DNA from: Mobula hypostoma
Taxonomy: Eukaryota
Reading direction: 5' to 3'
NCBI RefSeq assembly: GCF_963921235.1
Contig: NC_086109.1
Location: 6,698,001 to 6,762,000 of the forward strand
DNA length: 64,000 nucleotides
A model generated the notes under the pieces. The model ran no database searches, was not told the origin of the DNA, and was given only the letters and a program-made list of their open reading frames with translations. Made by a program: the position numbers and the translations under genes. Below, in pieces: positions 38,701 to 50,700 of the stretch (position 1 is its first letter; every line of letters starts with the position of its first letter).

Positions 38701-41700
38701 GGTAATTTGAAGAATTTCTAGTGGGACTGGAGAAAATCCCAAGGAAGGCATTCAAGGATATTGTTGAAAATTTTCTTGGCAACTACAAAGCATCAGTCTA
38801 CGTGTAGCTGGTTGTCAATATGATCCAACTATACAAAGCCATAAAGTGCAACATGTCACTAAAGATTCATTTTCTGTATTCCCATTTAGACTTCTTCCCT
38901 GCAAATCTTGGCGCTGTCAGTGACGAGCATGGTGAAAGGTTTCACCAGGACATTGCAGTCATGGAGAAACAGTATCAGGGCAACTGGATTCCATCAATGC
39001 TGGCTGATTATGGTTGGACACTTAAGTGAGAAGCCTCAGACACTGAGTACAAATGAAATTCATCAACAAAACATTTCAACTTAGTTGAACTATTGCAAAG
39101 CATCAGCACCATTCTGTAATTAAGTACATTAGATTCAAAGGAAACCCACATGGTCATGGTGACAACATACAAACTCCTTGGAGACGGTGCCAGAATTGAA
39201 CTCTGAATTCCGATGCCTCGAGTTGTAATAGCTTCATGCTAACCACTATGCTACCCTGACGCCCCACTCATCTCGCTAGTTTATCAACAAACCTAGCCTA
39301 TTTGTTTAGGTCATATAGTCATTCAGTCTTTCAGCCTGACTGGACAATGCTGTCCGGGATGTCCCAACTAGTTCCATTTGCTTGTATTTGGCCCATGTCC
39401 CTCCAAGCCTTTCCTATCCATGTGCCAGTCCAAATATCTTCTAGATACTGTTAATGGACCTGCTTCAACCACCTCCACTGGCCGCATGTTCCATTTACTG
39501 ACCACCCCCTGTGTTTAAAAAAATTATTGCCCTTCAAGTTCCTCTGAACTCTCTCCCATCACACCTTAAACCTACACTCTCTGCTTGCTGATTCTTCAAC
39601 CCTGGGATAAAGACTGTGCATTCACCCTATCTGTGCCCCTCATGACACTTGTCCTCTCACTATATCATCTCCTCTCTTCTCTAAACGTGAATCCCATTAC
39701 TGCTTGTATCACTAATATTGCTGCTTATGTGAGTCTCTTACTGGTAATTCACAATTCTTACTCATTGCATAAACATCTTTTTCCTGACCTTTCCTCCCTG
39801 TGCTAAAGTTTAAAATGTACACTGGACACTTCTGTAATAGTGTGGCTCTTACTCAAAGCCGTGGTTATTACCTTCAGGTTTTTGACCATAAGACCATGAG
39901 ATACAGGAACAGAATTAGGCCATTTGGCCCATCGAGTCTGCTCTGCCATTTCATCAAGGCTGATTCATTTTCCTCTCAGCCCCAGTCTCCTGCCTTCTCC
40001 CCATATCCCTTCATACCTGACTAATCAAGAACCTGTCAATCTCTGCCTTAAGTATACCCAATGACTTGGCCTCCACAGCTGTTGTGGCAATGAATTCTAC
40101 AGATTCACCGCTCTCTGGCTAAAGATATTCTTCCTCATTTCTGTTCTAAATGGACTTTGAGGCTGTGTCCTCTGGCCCTAGACTCACCCACCATAGGAAA
40201 CATACTCTTCACATCCTCTCTATCCAGGCCTTTCAACATTCGATAGGTTTCAATGACATCTCCCCCCACCCTCCCCCCATTCTTCTGAATTCCAGTGAAT
40301 ATAGGCCCAGAACTGTCAAATGCTCCTCATATGACAAGCTTTTCAATCGCAGAGTCATTTTCCTGAACCTCTTTTGAACCCTATCCAATGTCAGCATATC
40401 CTTTCTTAGATAAGGGGCCCAAAACTGCTCACAATACTCCAAAACACAAAATAATCTGCAGATGCTGTTGTCAAAGGAACACTCACAATGCGCTGGAGGA
40501 ACTCAGCAGGTCAGTCAGCATCAGTTGAAAAGATTAGTCGACGTTTCGGGCCGAAACCCTTCGTCAGGACTGAAGGAAGAGCTTTGGGGAGGGTTTGAAG
40601 AATGCTGGTAGTTGAAAAAAACGGTAATTTTAAAGACAAAGGGGTGGGGGAGGGGAAGCAGGGAGGTGATTGGCAGGAGAACAATCCCAAGTAGTAGAAG
40701 GAAGCGGTACTATGAGTGAGGTGATGTAAAATAGTGATAGAGGAAGGGAGGGGGAGGGAATTACCGGAAGCTGGAGAATTCTATGTTCATACCGAGGGGC
40801 TGGAGACTACCTAGACGGTACCTACTGCTTCATTTTTACTATGGATGTCCAATCCTTATACACCTCCATTCCCCATCAAGAAGGCCTCAAAGCCCTCCGC
40901 TACTTCCTGGATAATAGACCTCATCAGTTCCCCACCACCACTACCTTCCTCTGGTTGGCGGAACTGGTTCTCACACTTAATAACTTCTCTTTTGGCTCTT
41001 CCCACTTCCTTCAGACTAAGGGTGTAGCTATGGGAGCTTGCATGGGACCCAGCTACGCCTGCCTCTTCGTTGGTTATGTGGAACAGTCTGTGCTCCAAAC
41101 CTATTCTGGTACTGCTCCCCAACTTTTCCTTCGGTACATTGATGACTACATTGGTGCTGCTTCCTGCACCCATGCTGAGCTCGTCAATTTCATCGACTTT
41201 ACTTCGAACTTCCACCCAGCCCTCAAATTCACTTGGTCTATCTCGGACACTTCTCTCCCCTTTCTCGATGTCTCGGTCTCCATCTCTGGAGACAGACTGT
41301 CCACTGACATCTTCTACAAGCCCACTGACTCTCATAACTACCTCGACTATACCTCTTCCCACCCCGCCACATGCAAAAATGCCATTCCCTATTCCCAGTT
41401 CCTCCGTCTCCGCCGCATCTGCTCCCAGGATGAAGCTTTCCATTCCAGGACATCTCAAATGTCCTCTTTCTTTAAGGATCGTGGTTTCCCTTCTACGGTG
41501 ATCAATGATGCCCTCACCCGCATCTTCTCCATTTCCCGCACTTCGGCCCTCACCCCATCCTCCCGTCACCACAACAGGGACAGAGTTCCCCTTGTCCTTA
41601 CCTACCATCCCACCAGCCTCCGGATCCAGCACATTATCCTCCGCAACTTCCACCACCTTCAACAGGACCCCACCACTAAACACATCTTTTCCCTCTCCAC

Positions 41701-44700
41701 CCCTCTCTGCTTTCCGCAGGGATCGGTCCCTCCGCGACTCCCTGATCCACACGTCCCTCCCCGTGGATCTCCCACCCTGCACTTATCCCTGTAAGCGTAA
41801 GTGCTACACCTGTCCCTACACCTCCTCTCTTGCCACCATTCAGGGCCGCAAACAGTCCTTCCAGGTGAGGCAACACTTCACTTGTGAGTCTGTTGGGGTC
41901 ATCTATTGCATCCGGTGCTCCCGGTGCGGCCTCCTCTACATTGGTGAAACCCGACGCAGATTGGGGGTCGCTTCATCGAGCACCTCTGCTCCATCCGCCA
42001 AAACAGACAGGATCTCCCGGTAGCCACCCACTTCAACTCTGCTTCCCATTCCCATTCAGATATGTCCATACATGGCCTCCTCTACTGCCATGATGAGGCT
42101 AAACTCAGGTTGGAGGAGCAACACCTCATATACCGTCTAGGTAGTCTCCAGCCCCTTGGTATGAACATAGAATTCTCCAACTTCCGGTAATTCCCTCCCC
42201 CTCCCTTCCTCTATCCCTATTTTACATCACCTCCCTCATAGTTCCGCCTCCTTCTACTACTTGGGATTGTTCTCCTGCCAATCACCTCCCTGCTTCCCCT
42301 CCCCCACCCCTTTGTCTTTAAAATTACCGTGTTTTTCAACTACCAGCATTCTTCAAACCCTCCCCTAAGTTCTTCCTTCAGTCCTGACGAAGGGTTTCGG
42401 CCCGAAACGTCGACTAATCTTTTCAACTGATGCTGACTGACCTGCTGAGTTCCCCCAGTGCATCACAATACTCCAAGTGAGGCCTCGCCAGCCTTCAGTA
42501 ACAGCCTCAATATTCCATGCAAGAGAATCCGCATTCAATGCTGGAGGAACTCAGCAGGCCAGGCAGCATCTATGGGAAAGAGTAAAAAGTCGACGTTTTG
42601 GGCTGAGACTGTGTCCCGGTGAAGGTCTTGGCCCAAACCGTCAACTGTTTACTTTTTTCACTGTTTACTTTTTTGCCTGGCCCGCCAAGTTCCTCCGGCA
42701 TTTTGTGTGTGTTGCTCGACATACTACATCCTTGCTTTTTGCTCCAGTACTCTCGAAATGAATGCTAACATTGTACTTGCCTTCCTTACCTCTGACTCAA
42801 CCCGCAAAGTAACCTTTAGGGAACCATGCATGAGGACTCCCAAGTCCCTTCGCACCTCAGATTATTGATTCTTTTCTCCATTTAGAAAACAAATGTTTTG
42901 ATGAACATATTTAGGGCAAACATAATTAAACCTGTATCAGCGACAAAATTCACTTGTGACGTACTCTGAAATCTTTTCTATTTCATATCCGGCTTGAATG
43001 TTTCTTATTCCAGATGCTCCGACAACTGATAGTAACAATCGGGGTTTGCTGGTCTCATTGGATTCTTTCTGAAACTCTTCCAGGAGTTCCTGTTATTTAA
43101 AAAAAAACAGCCAAAGATTACAATGATAAATGATATCCTGCAGATTATAAGTGTAGTTCTGTAAACACAAAATACTCTGCAGATGCTGGGGTCAAAGCAA
43201 CACTCACAACATGCCGGAGGAACTCAGCAGATCGGGCAGCATCCGTGGAAATGATCAGTCAACGATTCGGGCCGGAACCCTTCGTCAGGACTGAAGAGGG
43301 AGGGGGCAGAGGCCAGACGAAGTGTTGCAGCCCGACCTGCTGAGTTCCTCCAGCGTGTTGTAAGTGTAGATTTGTGACTGGTTAGGCCAACCTTCACACC
43401 ATGGTGGTGTAGCAGTTAGCGCGACCCGTTTACAGCTCGGAGTTTCGGAGTTTGGAGTTCAATCCTGGTGTCCTCTATAAGGAGTTTGTAAGTCTCACCC
43501 GCAGAATGTGTGGGTTTCCTTTGGGTGCTCCGGTTTCCTCCCACAGTCCAAAGAAGTATGGGTTAATTGGTCATTGTAAGCTGTCCTGTGATTAGGCTAG
43601 GGTTAAATCGGTGAGTTGCAACTGACATGACTCAAAGAGCTGGAAGGGATATTCCACGTTGTGTCTTTGAGGCTGAGATACACCCTAGGATGTGCTGGGG
43701 CACATCGTCAGTGATCAGACAACTCTCTCCCGGGCGACCCCACCCAGGTGATCAGGCTCCGACTTGGGTCCACGGGTCACATCCATAGCCACCTGGAAGC
43801 TCGCTCCGTGGCAATCCTGATAGCTCTTTACTCTGCTGCCCCCATAAATGCCATGGGAAGAATAGGTTCTGCACAGCAGGCAGCCAGCAAAACCTCTGCA
43901 CCCCACCTCTATAGGCTCGCATTGCCCTCCACCCCTGTTTTACCAGCCCCTGGTACAGTCGGCCCTCCGTATCTCGGGGGGTTTGGTTCCGGGACCCCCA
44001 ATGGATACCAAATTCCACGGATGCTCAAGTCCCGTATATAAAATGACATAGTATTTGCACATAGCCTAAGCACATCCTCCTGTGCTTTAAATCATCTTTA
44101 GATTACTTATAATACCGAATACAATGTAAATGCTATGTAAGTAGTTGTATTACTGGATTGTTTAGGGAATAATGACAAGAAAAAAAGTCTGTACATGTTC
44201 GGTACAGACGCAACCATCGTAGCTCTTCTGCGAACGCTGATGCTGCCTCGGCATCAGCCGATACCGATTCTCACCTGATCTTTAAGTTCCTGAGGCTCCA
44301 GCACTTTACATAGCCAGCCAGCCATCCCTTACTAGCCTTAAACTCCTTCCTCTCGCTCACAACACAAGTAGCGAATGAACGAGACGCGAGGCGAATGGTG
44401 CTCAAACAATGAGTAATACTTCTAATCATCTCTAGATTACAGTACTCTATGCTCCCTCTTAGCCTTTGAGGAATTGCTTTGACCACTTAATTGCTTTTTA
44501 GGAGCCATTTTTTCACAGAAACAAAGGGTGCACACAACACAAGTAGCGACCAAATGAGACGCGAGGCGAACAATGCTCAAACGACGAGTGCTGGAGAGAG
44601 AACTTGTGGGGTTTTTTCGATCCCGATCCGCCGTTGGTTGAATCCGCAGATGCGGAACCCGCGGATATGGAGGGCCGACTGTATTTGGCTTCCTTACGTT

Positions 44701-47700
44701 CAAACACTCAAATAAAATAAAATTCAGTGGTTTTGTGGTCAAGAACATTCTTCCCAAAAAGTGAGTGATTTGATATATCCTGCTCACCTGAACCAAGAAA
44801 GAGAATCGTTGTTTGTCTTCGGGCGGGCTTCTGTTAAACCCTGGGTACTCCCAGTGCAGATCCAAACCATCAAACCCTTTTTCTCTTAGAAGCTTAATTG
44901 CAGACTTAATGAAGATTTGTCGTGTTTCTTTACTGGCAGCCATGATAGTGAACCTGACAAAATGGGTTTGGAGACAATATGCTCAGCATAATTTTCACAT
45001 CTGGCTAAGAAGACTATTTTTATTTAGTAATAGTTAAAATCCTTTTCAGAATTTAGTCTTCCAAACTCTGCAGTTGAATAATGGACACACAGCCCATGAT
45101 GATTGTTCAGTTATGATGTCTAAATTACCATGTTCATACTTAATTATGAAACTAATACTTCCTCAAAATACCTCTATTTTGGTCTAAGCCACATACAGTA
45201 TATACAGTTAGGGTGCCTAAGACTTTTGCACAGTACTGTAGTAATTTTATGTAGTGCACTGTGGTACCTCCGCAAAACAAAACCAATTTCATGACATGTG
45301 TGAGTGATGATAAACCTGATTCTGATATGGATATCTGTTGTGGACTGAGAGTGGAAGGGGGGCAGGCACAGGACGATCATGGCTGGGAGAGGGGAGGGAT
45401 TGGAAAGCACCAGAGGGACATTCTGTAATGATGACTAAACTACAGTAATCGTTTAGAATCTAATGACCTTGTCTGGTGTCTCAGGCTGCGTGTGTCTAAA
45501 TCTGCAGCGCCTCCCCCACCCAGTCTCGAGCACTCCTCCTCTGTCACCTGTTCCAAACCCCTCCCTAGTATGATAAGATGGACTCTTGGCCTCACAATCT
45601 AGCTCGTCATGGCCCTTGCACTTTTTTTAGCCTGCACTGCGCTGTCTCTGTAACTGTAACACTTTATTTTGCATACAGTCATCGTTTTCCCTTGATACAC
45701 TGTTGTAATGAAATGATCTGTATGGATGGTCGGGCAAGGCAGTTTTCCACTGTACCTCAGTGTATGTGACAATAATAAACAAATTTACTAATTTACCATC
45801 TCAGTCAAGATACTTTAGCAGAAGTTGCAGGATGTTTACACAAGGCAAGGCCATTCAGCCCCTTAAGTCTGTACTGGAGAAACCCAGCCACTGTCTCTCC
45901 TCGACTTTTCCCCGTCGACTCTTCCCTTTCAGGCACTAATCCTGTTTACCTGCCTTCTGGAGGTTAGTGTGAATCCATTCACCTTTCTATTCATGTGCTC
46001 GAGTAGGACTTGCGTGCACTCCTTATGGCAAACAGTCCCAGATAGTCCTGCGGCTGGTGACCCACTTACAAGTTTTGAACGAGAGAGACTTACATTTCAG
46101 TTCCGAAGTTCCAGCCACCCACAGACAGAAGTGTTTGTAAATTTGAGTTTCTGTGAAAGTTAGAGGAGATGATTGTTTTAAAAAAAGAGCACAAAAACCA
46201 GAAAGGGTGGACAGAGCAGAACAATATTTACCCTCTTGTCATCCTTGCGGTTTGGTACTACAGTCACTGGAGAGGTACCACTGACACAGGCCATGTTGAA
46301 TATCCGCATCTTCATTATGTTCATTATGTGTGGAACATACACACAGCACATACAGGCCTTTCAGCCCACAATGTTGTGCTGATCTTTTAACCTACTTCAA
46401 GATCAATCTAACCCTTTCCATTCACATAACCCTCCATTTTTCTATCATTCATATACCTATCTAAGAATCGCTTAAATGTCCCCAATATATCTGCCTTCAC
46501 CACTAATTCCACCCCCCCCCATAGGGCATTCCATGCACCCATTACTCTCTGTGTAAAAAACCTACCTCTGACATCCCTCCCTATACTTCACACCAATCAC
46601 CTTAAAATTATGCCCCCTTGTATTGACCGTTTCTGCCCCAGGAAAAACTCTCTGGTTATCCACTCGATCTATGCCTCTTATCTTCTTATACACATTTATC
46701 AAGTTTTCTCTCATCCTCCTCCACTCCAAAGAGAAAAGCCCAAGCTCACTCAACCCATCTTCATAAGATATGCTCTCCAATCCAGACAACATCCTGCTAA
46801 TTCTCCTCTTTCCCCTCTCCACATCCATCCTATAATGAGGTGACCAGAACAATATTCCAAGTGTGGTCTAACCAGAGTTTTATGGAGCTGCACCATTATC
46901 TCACAGCCCCTGAAATTTATCTGCCAACTAATGAAGGTCAACACACCTTGCGCCTTCTTAACCACTTGTACGGCAACTTTGGGGGAATCAATGGACATGG
47001 ACCCCAAGATTCTTCTGTTCCTGCCCACTGCAACATCTTGTCCTTAACCTCATACTCCATCTTTAAACTTGATCTTCCAAACTGAATCATTCAGTCTTTT
47101 CTGGGTTGAATTCCATCTGACATTCTCAACCCAGCTCTGCATCCTGTCAATGACCTGTTGTAACCTAAAACACCCTTCTACACTATCCTCAACATGACTA
47201 ATCTTCATGTCATCTACAAGCTTATTAACCCACCTTTATATGATAGAGCTATGAGCTACTGTATGTAAAATTATGAGGGTGTATTATGAGTGGATAGCAG
47301 GAGTCTGTTTCTTATGGTGGTGCTTTTTAAGACTAGAGGACATGGGTTTAAAATGAGGCGAGGATTTAAAGAGGGTCCGAGGGGTAAAATCACACAGAGG
47401 GTAGTTAGTAGTGGAGGCAAGAACAGTAATAACCTTTAAGAGGCATCGGGACAGACAATTGAGTGAGCAGGGCCTAGGGGACATGGAAGATATGCAGGCA
47501 AGTGGGAGGATGGGATGTTCAGCAGAATATTCCATTAGTGTTGCTTGAGCAATGCCAAGGAGTTGTACAGTTGTGAGTTAGATCAGCTGGTGGAGTGGTG
47601 TCACAACAACCTTGCACTCAACGTCGGTAAGACTAGGAATTGACTGTGGACTTCAGGAAGGGGAAGTCAAGAGATCAGAAGTGGAAAGGGTGAGCAGTTT

Positions 47701-50700
47701 CCAAGTTCCTGGATGTCAGCTTCCCTGTGGATCTATCCCGGGCCCAACAGTTACAAAGAAGGAATGACAGCAGCTATATTTCATTAGGAGTTTCAGGAGA
47801 GTTGGTATGTCACCAAAGACACCAGGTTCCTACAGACGTACTGTGGAGAGCATTGTAACTGGCTGCATCACCGTCTGGTATGGGGGTGAGATGCACAGGA
47901 TTGAAAGAAGCTGCAGAAAGCTGTGAACTCAGTCAGCTTCATCATGGGCATTAGCCTCCCCAACATCCAGGACATCTTCAAGAAGTGGTGCCTTGAAAAG
48001 GTGACATCTATCATTGAGGGCCCCCATCACCCAGGACATGCCCTCTTCTCGTTGCTACCATCAGGGAGGAGGTACTGAAGCCTGAAGGCACACACTCAGC
48101 GATTCAGGAACAGCTTCTTCCCCTCTGCCATACGATTCCTAAGCGGACATTGAACCCATCAACACTACCTCACCGCATATTAAAAAAAAATTCTTTTTGC
48201 ACTACTTACTTAACTTACTGTAAATATATGTATCTACTTTTTACTGTTTTTATTACTATGTATTGCGATGTACTGCTGCCACTAAACAACAAATTTCACA
48301 ACATAAGCCAGTGGTATTAAACCTGATTCTGATTGATAGAGATAGGCACGATGGCACTGACATGATGGGCCAGAAGGCCTGTTTTGATGTTGATTTTTAC
48401 TAGAGGCTAATGCCATTGTGAGTTGTGAAATAATGTCTGTTTGTCAACACCAATTAGTTTCCTTCACCGCTGAACTCTGTTTTAACAGAATATTTAATTA
48501 TTACCATACAAGCTTTCCAGTAAAAAATTCTTTCTAATTACTTTTGATGTATTTCTGTATAGTAGAATATATTCATTCATACTTAATGTTAGACATTAGG
48601 TGTATTCCTCCATTAATTTCAAAACCAATTTCTCTTTTTAAGAAAGAAAGTACAATTCCTTGATTATGAAAACATCTTGTGAAGGGGATCACGCAGAACT
48701 TAAAATTTATGTTAAAATCTGTTTGTTTTTTAAAATCTTCTATGATAGATGTGGCTTTTAAAGAATGGGATAGATTAGGTATTAAATGCTTCCAGGACTT
48801 GTTTGTAGAGGGAAGTTTCCTTTCGTTTGAGTAACTGTCAGCTAAATATAGCTTACCCAAAACTCACCTTTTTCGATACCTACAAATAAGAGACTTTTTA
48901 CGGTCTCAAATATGTACACTTCCTAAAAGTCCTGATAAGAATCTACTAGATGTAATTTTTAATTTGAAACCTTTTTATAATGGATCTATATCTAATATTT
49001 ATAATATGTTACTGGGAATGAGAAGTGTTCCTTTAGATAAAATTAAAAATCTTTGGGAACAAGACTTACAGACTTCAATTTCCGAGGAAACTTGGAATGA
49101 AATTTTTAAATTGGTTAACACTTCATCGTTTTGTGCTCACCACTCTCCCCTACAATTTAAAGTGGTCCATTGGGCCCGCATGACCAAGGATAAGTTGTCT
49201 CGCTTTTATTTGGATATATCTCCTTATTGTGATAAATGTAATAATAGAGAAGCTTCACTCAAAATAATGGAAAGAAGTATTTCAACCTTTCTCGGTACTT
49301 TTTAAGCCTAATCCTTTGACCGCTTTATTTGGTATTATTGGACGAAAGGATATTATTTTGGAGAAATCTGATTTGCACATTTTGGCTTTATTTCTCTTAT
49401 GGCGAGGAGGGTGCTCTTGCTTAAATGGAAAGATGTAGTCCCGCCCACTCATGTTCAATAGCTGCGTAATGTGGTGTCATGTTTAAATTTAGAGAAGATT
49501 CGGTGTTCAATTTCTGAATCTAATCAAGACTTTCAAACATTGTGGGGACCTTTTTTGAACTATTTTCAAAACCTTTGATTTGCCCTTAAAGCACAGATGT
49601 TGGCGAATAATATACTTTTTTTTCTTTTTTCTTCTTTACTAATCAGCTTCGGTCTTGGTAGTGGGTTAGATTTTTTTTCCATATAATAAATTTACTATAT
49701 TTCAATATTATGAATTAATCAATTTGTGTGAATATAGACAACACACATCTAAGTTGCTGGTGAGCGCAGCAGGCCAGGCAGCATCTCTAGGAAGAGGTAC
49801 AGTCGACGTTTTAGGCCGAGACCCTTCGTCAGGACTAACTGAAGGAAAAGCTTACTAGCCGTACCTCTTCCTAGAGATGCTGCCTCGCCTGCTGCGTTCA
49901 CCAGCAACTTTGATGTGTGTTGCTTGAAATTCCAGCATCTGTAGAATTCCTTGTGTTTGCGTGTATGAATATAGAGTAAGGAGTTTGTGTGTGCGATTCA
50001 GAATAATGTATTTGATATATTTCTTTTTTCTTGAACTCTGTAATCTCCTAGGTAGAAAATTAATAAAACATATTGTAAAAGAAAAATCTGTAATAGATAC
50101 TGCAGTGTTTACTTGAAAACAAACCAACACTGCTTGGAGGTTGAGCAAGGGGGTGGGGTGGTGTTGACACTGTATGAAGAAAGTACATTTGATCCTTTAT
50201 TAAGAAACCAGCAATCCTGCAGCGATAAAAAAACTAACAAAACTAAAACTAGTGACATAATGAAATAAGCAGTGGAATAACAATTCAATAGTGATCTAAT
50301 AGTAGTGTTAGTGATCAACAAAAAAAATCAGCCAAGTTGCCTCTTGGTTCTACCTAGACTAAACTGAACTTAGGCAAAGTGGGAATGAATATGTAACTAT
50401 ACCCATTCATTTCAATGCCCCAACCCACATGACATATTACCCACAATAAACATACAATACAGAGAGAAAATAGATACATGGCTCCTACAGATATTTTTCA
50501 CAGTGTTATTCACATACCGTTTTTTAAGGTTATTAAATGACTCATAAAGATTTTCATCCTCCTTTTCACCAGGAACTAGTTGATGGTTCTTGTCAACAAC
50601 AGCATATGCGTAGGTAAGGTGTGTGCATAACTTGGGGTTAATGTCTTCTGGTGAGAACCCACAGTTGCCTCGATTATTGGCCCAGCTTGGGTAGTAACAA

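Larger units (their letters stand above)
40443..42462 (+). mobile_element. Penelope-like element (RT + GIY-YIG, frameshifted) with ~330-bp inverted terminal copy
   Basis: [35 protein letters not shown]; 14-bp TSD tcacaatactccaa at 40429-40442 and 42463-42476. Confidence 0.95.
39884..42890 (-). mobile_element. CR1 fragment hosting a Penelope insertion and a small foldback element
   Basis: [14 protein letters not shown]...; host sequence resumes after the TSD at 42463. Confidence 0.8.

Noticed and set aside
40856..41782. 308-aa minus-strand ORF
   Set aside because: Antisense shadow of the Penelope RT ORF
49800..49837. Hammerhead copies at 49800 and 43256 as active ribozymes
   Set aside because: Core GAAA is mutated to AAAA and GAAU respectively
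50113..50217. Possible extra chitinase exon (cag|GATTGC...|gtaaac)
   Set aside because: No GH18 similarity; exon 3 joins the canonical 57-bp exon 4 in frame without it
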